Positions 55,424-64,000 are shown, counted from the first letter of the stretch. The stretch is DNA of 64,000 nt from Terriglobia bacterium (GCA_963699985.1 CAVOVZ010000027.1:16128-80127); one strand, 5' to 3'. Notes: a model not told the origin generated them from the letters alone. Made by a program: numbers and translations.

Positions 55424-57740
55424 CAGGGCTCCTGACCTGATCTGAGATTTCCTACGATTTTGCTTGCATCGAGACGGGATGTGGCATATCATTAGTGCCA
55501 CATATGAATACCAAATCGCTTCTCCCCCGCCTGCCTCTGCTTCCTCCAGCCGCGGAGATCGTGAGCACGGACCTCGCGGTCGTCCGCGAAGACGGCAAGG
55601 TGGTCTTGTTCAACGCTGGAGGCCCGATCTACGAGTGTCGTCAGGATGACCGGGTCAGCGTGCGTCTTGGTGTGGCCATCGCGGCGGCGCTGCGGCTGGC
55701 GCCGGTCACCGCGTTGGCCGCGACATTCGGTATGGATCGCGGAACGTTGCATCGCGACCGGGCCAAGCTCGCAGCGGGCGGCATCGAAGCGCTTCAGCCG
55801 AAGAAGCGTGGACCGAAGGGACCGTTCAAGCTGGATGCCACAGCACTTCGGAGCGCGCAGCGCGCCCTCGATTCCGGCGCTTCGCAGCGCGAGAGCGGAA
55901 AGCAGGCAGGGGTGAGTCACTTCGCGATCTATCACGCGATTCAGAAGGGCCTGCTGAGTCGGCCGGAGAAGCGAGCAGCCGTTCCTGTGATTGCTGGTGC
56001 TTCGACCGACGATACGCTGATCCGGTCTGGCGTGCGGGCCGCGGAGGATCAATCGTGCGAAACCGGGGTGGCGGTCAAGCGCACCGCAGAGCGAGCGCTG
56101 GCGCGATCCGGCCTGCTCGCCGAGGCCGCACCGGTGTTCGAGGCGGCAGAAGGTGTTCCTGGCGCAGGGGTGTTGCTGGCGCTGCCGGCGCTGCTCGAGG
56201 AGGGATTGCTCGAGGTCGGAACGAAAGTGTATGAGGGATTGCGCAACGGGTTCTTCGGCCTTCGCTCGGTTTTGCTGACGTTCGCGATGATGGCCCTCTT
56301 GCGGATCAAGACACCCGAGCAACTCACCGAACACGCCCCTGGTGAGCTCGGTCGTCTGTTGGGCCTCGACCGTGCACCCGAGGTCAAGACGTTGCGTCGC
56401 AAGCTGCGCGAGATGGGCGAGCGTGGACTGGCGCGGACGTTCATGCGGCTGCTCACCGAGCGCTGGGCACGTGCGACCCCGAGAGAGCTCGCGTTGCTCT
56501 ACGTCGACGGCCATGTCCGCCCGTATCACGGGCGGACCCAGGTGCTCCCCAAGCACCACGTCCAGCAACGGGGCCGGCCGATGCCGGGGACCAAGGATTT
56601 CCACGTCAACGATCGTCGCGCCGACCCGCTGTTCTTCGTCACTGCGGAGGCGACCGAGAGTCTCCTCGCGATGCTGGACTCGACCCTGCTGCCTGAGGTG
56701 CGACGTCTGGTCGGGCCCGGTCGGCGCGTGACGATCACCTTCGATCGGGAGGGCTGGAGCCCTGAGCGGTTCGCCAAGTGGAAGGACGAGGGCTTCGACG
56801 TCCTCACCTACCGGAAGGGGCAGTCGTCGCGGTGGCAGGAGCGGTTCTTCCGCACGGTCGCGGGGACGGTGGGTGGGGAGGAGGTCGAGTACCGGCTGGC
56901 CGAACGCACCGTGACGCTGTCCAACGGTCTGCGCGTCCGCGAGATCCGGCGCCTCACGGACGACGGCCATCAGACGGCGGTCATCACGACGAGCGAGAAG
57001 CTCCCGCTACTCGCGGTCGCGCACCGGATGTTCTCGCGGTGGCGGCAGGAAAACTTCTTCCGTTACATGCGGCACGAGTTTGCGCTCGATCACCTCTGTA
57101 CCTACGAGGTCGAACCCGCCGATCCCAAGCGCGAGGTGGCTCACCCGGAACGCGCCGCGCTGACGAAGCGACTCGCCAGGGTTCGAAGCGATCTGGCGCG
57201 GCTCGAGAACAAACGCTTCGACATGCGGTCCGGAGGACGGGTCCGTGTCGGCCAGCGCAGGCTGTCCGAGAAAGAGCTGGACCAGGTGATCGCGCGGCGA
57301 GACGAGGAGATCGATCGCTTGGAGCTCCGGATCGCCGCGCTGCCGAAGCGGGTGACGATCGATTCCATTCTCGACCCGTCCGAGATCGTGCAGCTCGAGC
57401 GTGAGCGCAAGGTGCTCGTCGATGCCATCAAGCTGATCGCCTACCGCGCCGAGTCCGCGCTGGCCCGACTGATGGCACCTCTCCTTGCTCGACACGACGA
57501 GGAGACGAGGAAGTTCCTGAAAACGGTTTTCCAAGCCACGGCTGACATCATTCCGGACCGAGGTGCACGCCGTCTCACGGTGCGCTTCCACGGCTTGGCC
57601 AACCCCAGGATGACCCGCGCTCTCGGCGAGCTCTGCGCCTTGGTCAACGAACATGACGCTCTGTACCCGGGCACGAACCTCCGGCTCCATTTCGACGCGC
57701 CGGTGTCGCAGGAATGATCCCGCTCAGGTCAGGAGCCCTG
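55424..57740 (+). mobile_element. 2.3-kb insertion sequence (IS4-superfamily-like, unclassified)
   Basis: 17-bp inverted repeats CAGGGCTCCTGACCTGA (55424-55440) and TCAGGTCAGGAGCCCTG (57724-57740). 5-bp direct repeat CAATG (55419-55423 and 57741-57745). Excision in silico recreates the repeat-junction sequence seen at 58015-58047. Confidence 0.9.
55495..57717 (+). CDS. DDE transposase of the 2.3-kb IS
   Basis: 740 aa (an ATG at 55504 is also possible). N-terminal HTH regions. LLYVDGHVRPY, ITFDREGWS, FSRWRQENFFRYMRHEFALDHL (DDE/YREK-like). Confidence 0.85.
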   Translation: MPHMNTKSLLPRLPLLPPAAEIVSTDLAVVREDGKVVLFNAGGPIYECRQDDRVSVRLGVAIAAALRLAPVTALAATFGMDRGTLHRDRAKLAAGGIEALQPKKRGPKGPFKLDATALRSAQRALDSGASQRESGKQAGVSHFAIYHAIQKGLLSRPEKRAAVPVIAGASTDDTLIRSGVRAAEDQSCETGVAVKRTAERALARSGLLAEAAPVFEAAEGVPGAGVLLALPALLEEGLLEVGTKVYEGLRNGFFGLRSVLLTFAMMALLRIKTPEQLTEHAPGELGRLLGLDRAPEVKTLRRKLREMGERGLARTFMRLLTERWARATPRELALLYVDGHVRPYHGRTQVLPKHHVQQRGRPMPGTKDFHVNDRRADPLFFVTAEATESLLAMLDSTLLPEVRRLVGPGRRVTITFDREGWSPERFAKWKDEGFDVLTYRKGQSSRWQERFFRTVAGTVGGEEVEYRLAERTVTLSNGLRVREIRRLTDDGHQTAVITTSEKLPLLAVAHRMFSRWRQENFFRYMRHEFALDHLCTYEVEPADPKREVAHPERAALTKRLARVRSDLARLENKRFDMRSGGRVRVGQRRLSEKELDQVIARRDEEIDRLELRIAALPKRVTIDSILDPSEIVQLERERKVLVDAIKLIAYRAESALARLMAPLLARHDEETRKFLKTVFQATADIIPDRGARRLTVRFHGLANPRMTRALGELCALVNEHDALYPGTNLRLHFDAPVSQE

Positions 57741-58595
57741 CAATGGGGTGGGCCCTACCTTCCGGGTGAGTACCCCAACGAAGCAACGTTGGTTCTTCCC
57801 GTAACCGAGGATCCACTCGCACCCCCGGCACAGGGTCTGCTGGCTACAGGTTATGTGCTTACCGTCAGGCCCGGTCGCGACGGCGCTCCGGGTCTCAACC
57901 GACTCGAAAGAAACGAAGACCCAGTTGAGTTGGCTGTGACTGGCATCGTCCATGACGCGGAATGGAAGACTGCCCCGCTCACAGTCCGAATCGTCGACCA
58001 GAACGGTGTGCCGATTCCCGCGTCACAATGGGGTGGGCCCTACCTTCCGGGTGAGTACCCCAACGAAGCAACGTTGGTTCTTCCCGTAACCGAGGATCCA
58101 CTCGCACCCCCGGCACAGGGTCTGCTGGCTACAGGTTATGTGCTTACCGTCAGGCCCGGTCGCGACGGCGCTCCGGGTCTCAACCGACTCGAAAGAAACG
58201 AAGACCCAGTTGAGTTGGCTGTGACTGGCATCGTCCATGACGCGGAATGGAAGACTGCCCCGCTCACAGTCCGAATCGTCGACCAGAACGGTGTGCCGAT
58301 TCCCGCGTCACAATGGGGTGGGCCCTACCTTCCGGGTGAGTACCCCAACGAAGCAACGTTGGTTCTTCCCGTAACCGAGGATCCACTCGCACCGCCAGCT
58401 CAGGGGCAACTGGCAGTTGGATATGCACTCACGAGTAAGCCCGGATTGAACGGAATGTCGGGCACGAGTTACCACTTGTTTCGCGCCGAGGAACCCCAAG
58501 AACTGACTTCCGCAGGTCTTGTGAAGAATCTCGAGTGGGAGACATCGAGCGGAGAGCTTCGAGTTGTCGACGTCATTGAGCACGAGGTTCTTGGG
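57741..58595 (+). repeat. 285-bp (95-aa) tandem repeat, 3 copies
   Basis: Units start at 57741, 58026 and 58311. The first two read identical. The third diverges after ~85 bp. An older divergent unit precedes the IS. Confidence 0.9.
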
Positions 58596-58790
58596 TCGTT
58601 CTTCGAGATCGCGTCCATTCCTCTTTCGCCCTCTGGATCCTTGATTTCGCTACCCGTCAATGATCTCACTGTGTATCCGACGATGGGGGGAGTGTACGCG
58701 GGAGGTTACGGAGACTGCCGGATCCGGGTGGCGTCCGGACTCCACTCGGTGGCCCCTTCGATTTCACGTTTCGCTCCGGAAGGGTCGTGA
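57741..58790 (+). pseudogene. 3' part of the 95-aa-repeat secreted protein
   Basis: Continues WGGPYLPGEYPNEATLVLPVTEDPLAPPAQG.. in the repeat frame after removal of the IS. Confidence 0.8.
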
Positions 58791-59248
58791 GTCCGCCGTT
58801 CGTTCAGATCGACAAAGGGTCTTATGGGCTGCGGTTCCAACCGTGCCCTAGTTCGCCGGATTCGGACGCGGACGGTCACGCGGATGTTTGCGACTGCCAA
58901 CCGAATGATCCCGCAGTGTATGCCCCCCCCGGTGCGGTTTCGACAATAGGGTGGGATGTGTCCAAGACCGTCTTCTCATGGGACACGCTGGCACCGATCA
59001 GCGGGACCGCGACGGCTTACGACGTCATCCGAGGGGCCCTCGGAGAACTTCCGGTAGGGGCGGGGATAGAGTATTGTGTGGAGTCAGGCGGCGCGGATAC
59101 TATGACGACAGACTCGCTCGGGCCTGTGGAAGGGCAAGGCCTCTGGTACCTGGTTCGCGGCCGGAACTCGTGCGGCACGGGGACCTACGGATTCCAGGGC
59201 CACAACGGGGTGGCCACCTTGGAGCGGAACTCCAACGTGTGCCCGTAG
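58787..59248 (+). CDS. CP-module protein (TSP3-like linker + C-terminal module); possibly the detached 3' end of the preceding gene
   Basis: GTG overlaps the previous stop (GTGA). DSDADGHADVCDCQPNDPAVYAPPG..FSWDTLAPISGTATAYDVIRGALGELPVG..GQGLWYLVRGRNSCGTGTYG..NSNVCP-TAG. No signal peptide of its own. Confidence 0.65.
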   Translation: MSPPFVQIDKGSYGLRFQPCPSSPDSDADGHADVCDCQPNDPAVYAPPGAVSTIGWDVSKTVFSWDTLAPISGTATAYDVIRGALGELPVGAGIEYCVESGGADTMTTDSLGPVEGQGLWYLVRGRNSCGTGTYGFQGHNGVATLERNSNVCP

Positions 59249-59332
59249 CGCGATTTCCCCAGCGGATGCGCTCGGGACGGCCACGCCACGTCGAGGCCGG
59301 ATCGTCACGGCGACGCGGGTGGCGAAAGCGAC

Positions 59333-59392
59333 GGCATCCTCGTCCAGGACAGCGCGGAGAACGAGAGGCCGAACGGGAATCCGTGTCCGTGA
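59333..59392 (+). repeat. CP-tail DNA relic, copy 4
   Basis: GILVQDSAENERPNGNPCP-TGA. In frame with, and 47 codons beyond, the TAG stop of 58787-59248. Confidence 0.8.
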
Positions 59393-59481
59393 CGAAGCAG
59401 CTGGCGCAGCTCGGGGCGGTGTAAGAGAGGAAGGAAATCGGGGCGGCGATTTGGGTGGCGAGGATGGGGTGAGGAGCCAAG

Positions 59482-59662
59482 CTGGTCCCTTTCCCCTCCT
59501 TAACCCGACTCAATCGGTCCGGTTTCCCGCTTCTTCCCCACCGCGTATGGGTGTACAACGGTCCCAGTTCCGCAATCTGAGGGGGGGCATGGCCCGTCTG
59601 TTCGCAGCCGCCGTCCTGCTCGTTGCCGTTCTCCCCGCCCTGGCCAGCGAGCTGGGGCAGCC
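59482..59662 (+). repeat. 5' leader/signal-peptide cassette, copy B
   Basis: Collinear with 53901-54082. Encodes MARLFAAAVLLVAVLPALASELGQP. Confidence 0.85.
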
Positions 59663-59770
59663 TCGGACACTCACGTTCGTGGACCGCGTCGCAGCCCAGC
59701 GAGCCTTCGAAGAGGTCTACTGGCGGAACCGGATCTGGCCCAAGGACAACCCCTCGCCACTTCGTGAGAT
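59589..59770 (+). pseudogene. Truncated N-terminal fragment of a paralog
   Basis: Signal peptide, then RTLTFVDRVAAQRAFEEVYWRNRIWPKDNP, which parallels RDLTFEDRVKAQEAIERVHYSHQIG of 18298-21156. Coding character is lost thereafter. Confidence 0.5.
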
Positions 59771-59829
59771 TTCCACTTGCTTCTGGCAGGCTCCTGACTC
59801 ACCGCGCGACAGCGCAGGGAGGTCCGGCG

Positions 59830-62800
59830 ATGTTCACCGGCAAAATCGGCTACTCGTTCCAGAATGTCACTCGTGGCCTGGTCTCGGTTCTGGCGCTCTC
59901 GTGCTTCCTGTCGACCGCGAACGCCACGGACAGGTGCGGTTCGGTCTGCAACGAGACCTGGACCCTCGGCGGGAGTCCATATGTCGCAACCTGTGACGTA
60001 ACGGTCGCGGCGGGATGCTCTCTGACGGTCGACGCCGGCGTCGAGGTGAGATTCGTCGCGGCGGCCGGGCTCGTCATCGACGGGAGTCTGAACGTGAACG
60101 GCACCGCCGCGAACGCCGTCGTCTTCCAATCGAGCGCCCCGTCCCCCACGCCCGGCAGCTGGGACGGACTGAGGCTCCAGGGATCGGGGCAGGCGACGAT
60201 CGACCATGCGGCAGTCAGCTACGCGGTCAGCGGCGTGTACGCGACGGGCAATGCGGTGATGAATCTGAGCGGGACCTCAGTGGACCACAGCAGCAGCTAC
60301 GGTATCTACGTGGATTCCCGTGCCGCGGTGACGCTGACCGGCGTGACGTCGCGGTACAACCGATTTGGTCTTATCGTGTACGGCTCCTCGCCGCCGCCCG
60401 TGGTGACGTCGACGGGCGGAACGTTCACCAACAACACTCTGTACGGGGTCTCCGTCGTCGGGCCCACGGCGACGGTGTCGGTGCGCGGCGGCGCGATCCA
60501 CTCGAACGGGGGCGGCTACGATTTCACCGCCGAGAGCTTCGCGAACGCGGGAGAGCGTGTGGTGGATGCGACCGGGAACTGGTGGGGGACGACGTCTGCG
60601 GCTGCGATTGGGCCGCGGATCCTGGACCACGGGGACCAAGCCAGTTCGCCGATTGTGGACTGGTGCGGTTACCTGGCGAGCGCCGGGGGTGTGCCGTGGC
60701 TGGACGTGCACTGTCCGGACCTGGCGGTGTGCGGAGAGACGGCGAGCTGGGACCTGACCGACAAGCCGTACTACATGACGTCGGACGTGGTGGTGTGCCC
60801 GACGGGGACGCTCGAGATCGGCCCTGGGGTGAATGTGCGAGCCGCGGCTGGGGCGAGCGCGGGCATCGTGGTGGACGGCACGCTGCACGTGAACGGTACG
60901 GCGGGGAGCCCGGTGGTCTTGACCTCGGACGCCGCGGTTCCGGCGGCTGGGAACTGGGACGGAGTGAAGGTCGAGGGATCAGGGCAGGCGACGATCGACC
61001 ACGCGACGGTGAGCTACGCGGGGAGCGGGGTGAACGCCACGGGCAGCGCGACGGTGAGCCTCGACGGGACGGCGGTGAGTTACTCGACCAGCGGCGTGTA
61101 CGCGACGGGCAACGCGGTGGTGAATCTGACCGGGACCTCAGTGGACCACAGCAGCAGCTACGGTATCTACGTGGATTCCCATGCCTCGGTGACGCTGACC
61201 GGCGTGACGTCGCGGTACAATCGGTTTGGTCTCATCGTGTACGGCTCCTCGCCGCCGCCCGTGGTTACGTCGACGGGCGGGACGTTCACCAACAACACGA
61301 CCTACGGGGTCTCCGTCGTCGGGCCCACGGCAACGGTGTCGGTGCGCGGCGGCGCGATCCACTCGAACGGGGGCGGCTACGATTTCACCGCCGAGAGCTT
61401 CGCGAACGCGGGAGAGCGTGTGGTGGATGCGACCGGGAACTGGTGGGGGACGACGTCTGCGGCTGCGATTGGGCCGCGGATCCTGGACCACGGGGACCAA
61501 GCCAGTTCGCCGATTGTGGACTGGTGCGGTTACCTGGCGAGCGCCGGGGGTGTGCCGTGGCTGGACGTGCACTGTCCGGACCTGGCGGTGTGCGGGGAGA
61601 CGGCGAGCTGGGACCTGACCGACAAGCCGTACTACATGACGTCGGACGTGGTGGTGTGCCCGACGGGGACGCTCGAGATCGGCCCTGGGGTGAATGTGCG
61701 AGCCGCGGCTGGGGCGAGCGCGGGCATCGTGGTGGACGGCACGCTGCACGTGAACGGTACGGCGGGGAGCCCGGTGGTCTTGACCTCGGACGCCGCGGTT
61801 CCGGCGGCTGGGAACTGGGACGGAGTGAAGGTCGAGGGATCAGGGCAGGCGACGATCGACCACGGGACGGTGAGCTACGCGGGGAGCGGGGTGAACGCCA
61901 CGGGCAGCGCGACGGTGAGCCTCGACGGGACGGCGACGGAGCACAACACGCACGGCGTGTACGTGGACACTCGATCGACCGTCACGATGACGGGGGTGAC
62001 GTCGAGGTACAATCAGAACGGTCTTACGGTGAAAGGCTCCTCGCCGCCGCCCGTGGTTACGTCGACGGGCGGCATGTTCACCAACAACACGATCTACGGG
62101 GTCAACATCGATGGCCAAGGGTACGGAGCCAAGGTCTGGGTCGGCGGTGCGAGCATCCACTCCAACATCGGCACCTATGATTTCTTCGTCTCCGGCTTCG
62201 CCAACCCGGCCACGTCTCTCGTCTGGGCTCCGGACTGCTGGTGGAGAACGAACGACATCGCAGCGATCCGTATCCGCATCTACGACCGAGAGGATAGTGC
62301 CTCCAGTCCCCGCGTCTGGTTCCGGCCGTTCGGTGGCGATTGCGAGCGGGCCCTCGGCGGCGACGCTGATCGAGATGGCCTCGGCGACTTCGAGGACAAC
62401 TGCCCGGCGACCCCGAACGCCGCCCAAACCGACGCCGACGGTGACGGGATGGGTGATGCGTGTGACCCCGCCGTGGCGACGCTTCCCGCGGGGGTCTGCG
62501 ACGGCATCAACGACACGTTCGAAGGCCACGTGGACTCCGACGGTGACGGGTGGGGTGACCCTTGCGATTTCCAGCCGACCCGCGCCGATTCGCATCCCGG
62601 TGCCGTGGAGCGTTGCGATGGGAGGGACAACGACGGCGACGCGGGTCTCGCCGAGGGCGAGGACGTGGACGCGGACCTGGACGAGGCGCTCGCCTGCGGG
62701 GACTGCGCCGATCTCGACGCCGCGATCTACCCCTGTGCCTGCGAATCGTGCACCAACCTGATCGACGACGATTGCGACACGCTCGTGGACCTGGCCGACT

Positions 62801-63123
62801 CCGCATGCGCGAGCTGGCCGGCTTGCATCATCATCTCCCCGGGTCCTGAGCCGGTGCTGACGATGAGACGGGGGGCGTGCGTCGGCGGCGGACCGGCGGG
62901 GCCCTACGAGGTGATCCGTGGAATCCTGGATCAGCTGCGGATCGCTGGAGTCTCGGTGGACCTTGGCACCGTGGGCTGCGTCGCCAGCAATCTAGTGTTG
63001 GATCGGACCAGCGAGACTCCGCGGCAGGAACCACGGCATGCAACGACGTTTCCTACTTTCTCGCCCGCGCCGAGGACGCCGGCGACTTCGGCCACGCAAG
63101 CGGTGGGGCGCCACGGGACGTGA
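59830..63123 (+). CDS. Secreted parallel beta-helix repeat protein with TSP3 repeats; CP module reached only after a frameshift
   Basis: MFTGKIGYSFQNVTRGLVSVLALSCFLSTANA signal. Repeated ..GxxxxxVxxNxxxGIYV.. (PbH1-like) turns. DADRDGLGDFEDNCP, DADGDGMGDACD. Near 63015 the frame changes; the +2 frame continues DSAAGTTACNDVSYFLARAEDAGDFG..NPDPPCP-stop at 63149. Confidence 0.8.
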   Translation: MFTGKIGYSFQNVTRGLVSVLALSCFLSTANATDRCGSVCNETWTLGGSPYVATCDVTVAAGCSLTVDAGVEVRFVAAAGLVIDGSLNVNGTAANAVVFQSSAPSPTPGSWDGLRLQGSGQATIDHAAVSYAVSGVYATGNAVMNLSGTSVDHSSSYGIYVDSRAAVTLTGVTSRYNRFGLIVYGSSPPPVVTSTGGTFTNNTLYGVSVVGPTATVSVRGGAIHSNGGGYDFTAESFANAGERVVDATGNWWGTTSAAAIGPRILDHGDQASSPIVDWCGYLASAGGVPWLDVHCPDLAVCGETASWDLTDKPYYMTSDVVVCPTGTLEIGPGVNVRAAAGASAGIVVDGTLHVNGTAGSPVVLTSDAAVPAAGNWDGVKVEGSGQATIDHATVSYAGSGVNATGSATVSLDGTAVSYSTSGVYATGNAVVNLTGTSVDHSSSYGIYVDSHASVTLTGVTSRYNRFGLIVYGSSPPPVVTSTGGTFTNNTTYGVSVVGPTATVSVRGGAIHSNGGGYDFTAESFANAGERVVDATGNWWGTTSAAAIGPRILDHGDQASSPIVDWCGYLASAGGVPWLDVHCPDLAVCGETASWDLTDKPYYMTSDVVVCPTGTLEIGPGVNVRAAAGASAGIVVDGTLHVNGTAGSPVVLTSDAAVPAAGNWDGVKVEGSGQATIDHGTVSYAGSGVNATGSATVSLDGTATEHNTHGVYVDTRSTVTMTGVTSRYNQNGLTVKGSSPPPVVTSTGGMFTNNTIYGVNIDGQGYGAKVWVGGASIHSNIGTYDFFVSGFANPATSLVWAPDCWWRTNDIAAIRIRIYDREDSASSPRVWFRPFGGDCERALGGDADRDGLGDFEDNCPATPNAAQTDADGDGMGDACDPAVATLPAGVCDGINDTFEGHVDSDGDGWGDPCDFQPTRADSHPGAVERCDGRDNDGDAGLAEGEDVDADLDEALACGDCADLDAAIYPCACESCTNLIDDDCDTLVDLADSACASWPACIIISPGPEPVLTMRRGACVGGGPAGPYEVIRGILDQLRIAGVSVDLGTVGCVASNLVLDRTSETPRQEPRHATTFPTFSPAPRTPATSATQAVGRHGT
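60229..61950 (+). repeat. 861-bp (287-aa) near-identical tandem duplication
   Basis: agcggcgtgtacgcgacgggcaa.. occurs at 60229 and 61090. Long stretches (60400-61020 vs 61261-61881) differ at only isolated positions. A third, diverged unit follows. Confidence 0.9.
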
Positions 63124-63237
63124 TGAACCCGGATCCGCCATGTCCGTGATTCCGCCTGCGCCGCGGCAGCGCGCGGCCTGCTGGCTACCGCCTCGGCAGG
63201 AAAGTTCAAGAGACAGCGAGCGCGTCGCGACCGTCGT

Positions 63238-63470
63238 TTCTTAGAGGCGTCGTGCTCTCCGTTGGTGTGGAGAGTGGGAGAGCCCGTACTGGTTCTCTTC
63301 GGCTGTACACCGGCCGGTCGACACGACAGAGAAGTCGGAGAGCCCGTGAGCGTTTTCGACGCGGGACAAACGGCGACACGACGCGCCGAATTCACGAACA
63401 GGCCTGAGATGTCGAGCGGCAGAGTTAACCAAACCGCCCGTTTCGGATTTGGGACGGTCTGCCTCCCCAC
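63238..63470. repeat. Repeat family X, second copy
   Basis: See 33214-33345. Contains the internal direct repeat ggagagcccgt twice. Confidence 0.45.
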
Positions 63471-63832
63471 CCAGGGTTCGAACCGCCGACCCGCCGGTTA
63501 ACAGCCATGACCTGAAGAGAGCCGCCGTCCCTCCGTGAGCTTCCGGCTCGCCGGGGTCTCGTTTCCGCCGGTCGCGGACCAAGGCAACCTCGCCGAGGGG
63601 AAGGACGCTCCGGGAGCTCCTGGGCCTCCGACGGGGGGGGCGGCGACCTCCGCGGCTCACGTTCGGCCTCCCGGTGGGGAACACCCCCACCCCACCGGGA
63701 ACCACTCCCGGTGGGTGAGGGGGGAGGTCCGTGTCCGTTGCAGCGCTCGCCAACGGGTCGATGGCACCCGGCCTCCGTGTGACCACCGCGTGACCGCGAC
63801 TGCCGCGACCGACGCGAATGAGCTAGGAAGAA

Positions 63833-63906
63833 TGGCTGAGGGGGCTGGACTCGAACCAGCATGACCGCATTAACAGTGCGGCAGGTTGCCGTTACCTCAC
63901 CCCTCA
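63833..63906 (-). tRNA. tRNA-Asn (anticodon GTT)
   Basis: Minus strand TGAGGGG TG AGGT AACGGCA ACCT G CCGCA CTGTTAA TGCGG TCAT GCTGG TTCGAGT CCAGC CCCCTCA G CCA. All four stems pair perfectly. CCA is encoded. Confidence 0.92.
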
Positions 63907-64000
63907 ATATCGAGACGGGAACCGATCATCCAAGCCACCCACCCGCGAGACGAAGGCAGAGCAGCGGGAATGTACGTCACGACCGAAAGCGAATCCAGGC

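Noticed and set aside
27259-59392. DGR (diversity-generating retroelement) template/variable-repeat explanation for the repeated gene 3' ends
   Set aside because: No reverse transcriptase is present in the window. Mismatches between copies are not adenine-specific: comparing 27259-27336 with 29966-30043 shows all substitution types plus indels.
57741-61950. CRISPR-like arrays (regular direct repeats)
   Set aside because: The repeat periods (285 and 861 bp) are far too long. The units are contiguous without spacers and lie in frame within coding sequence. No cas genes are present.
63451-63530. tRNA-like stretch with GGTTCGAACC, a CTGTTAA loop-like motif and a GGGACGG/CCGTCCC terminal pairing
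   Set aside because: I could not fold a cloverleaf on either strand. The T-stem and anticodon stem do not pair, and the T-loop is 17 nt away from the acceptor strand. It is possibly a decayed tRNA or att relic, but this is not supportable.

Overview
GC-rich bacterial chromosomal window; the taxon cannot be determined from the sequence alone.

**Core-like part (1-21 kb).** It carries a zinc-ribbon Ser/Thr kinase and a secreted protein. Next comes a giant (~2,640 aa) secreted protein with about 35 bipartite Cys-rich repeats. A cobalamin-riboswitch-controlled btuB-pduO operon, an OmpA/TSP3 protein and a Kelch/TSP3 protein follow.

**Accessory part (~21 kb to the tRNA-Asn at 63.8 kb).** This part is heavily rearranged and contains:
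- two type II toxin-antitoxin pairs (higBA-like, hicAB);
- several IS elements: one full IS481-like copy plus deleted, remnant and solo-end derivatives, an IS4-like element, an IS1595-like element with clear IR and TSD, and a 2.3-kb IS with IR and TSD that splits a gene;
- a stand-alone TIR-domain protein;
- an orphan RHS toxin tip with a HEAT-repeat candidate immunity gene;
- a prophage remnant riddled with frameshifts (terminase, ParB-like, Dam-like methyltransferase, DnaB, replication organizer with an iteron-like AT-rich patch, Cro-like regulator, DUF2924/serine-recombinase module);
- a short tyrosine recombinase followed by three cassettes, each closed by a copy of the recombinase 3' end;
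- a cluster of paralogous secreted proteins.

**Most notable observations.**
1. At least six secreted proteins with unrelated bodies share an unnamed ~100-aa C-terminal module. In five of them it ends exactly in Cys-Pro-stop; the sixth (54006-54854) ends CIPPGP.
2. DNA relics of that 3' end, plus a conserved 5' leader/signal-peptide cassette, are scattered as junction elements. This suggests cassette exchange among surface-protein genes.
3. The recombinase-3'-end-delimited cassette array.

All calls rest on manual reading of the ORF translations and the DNA. No database search was run.
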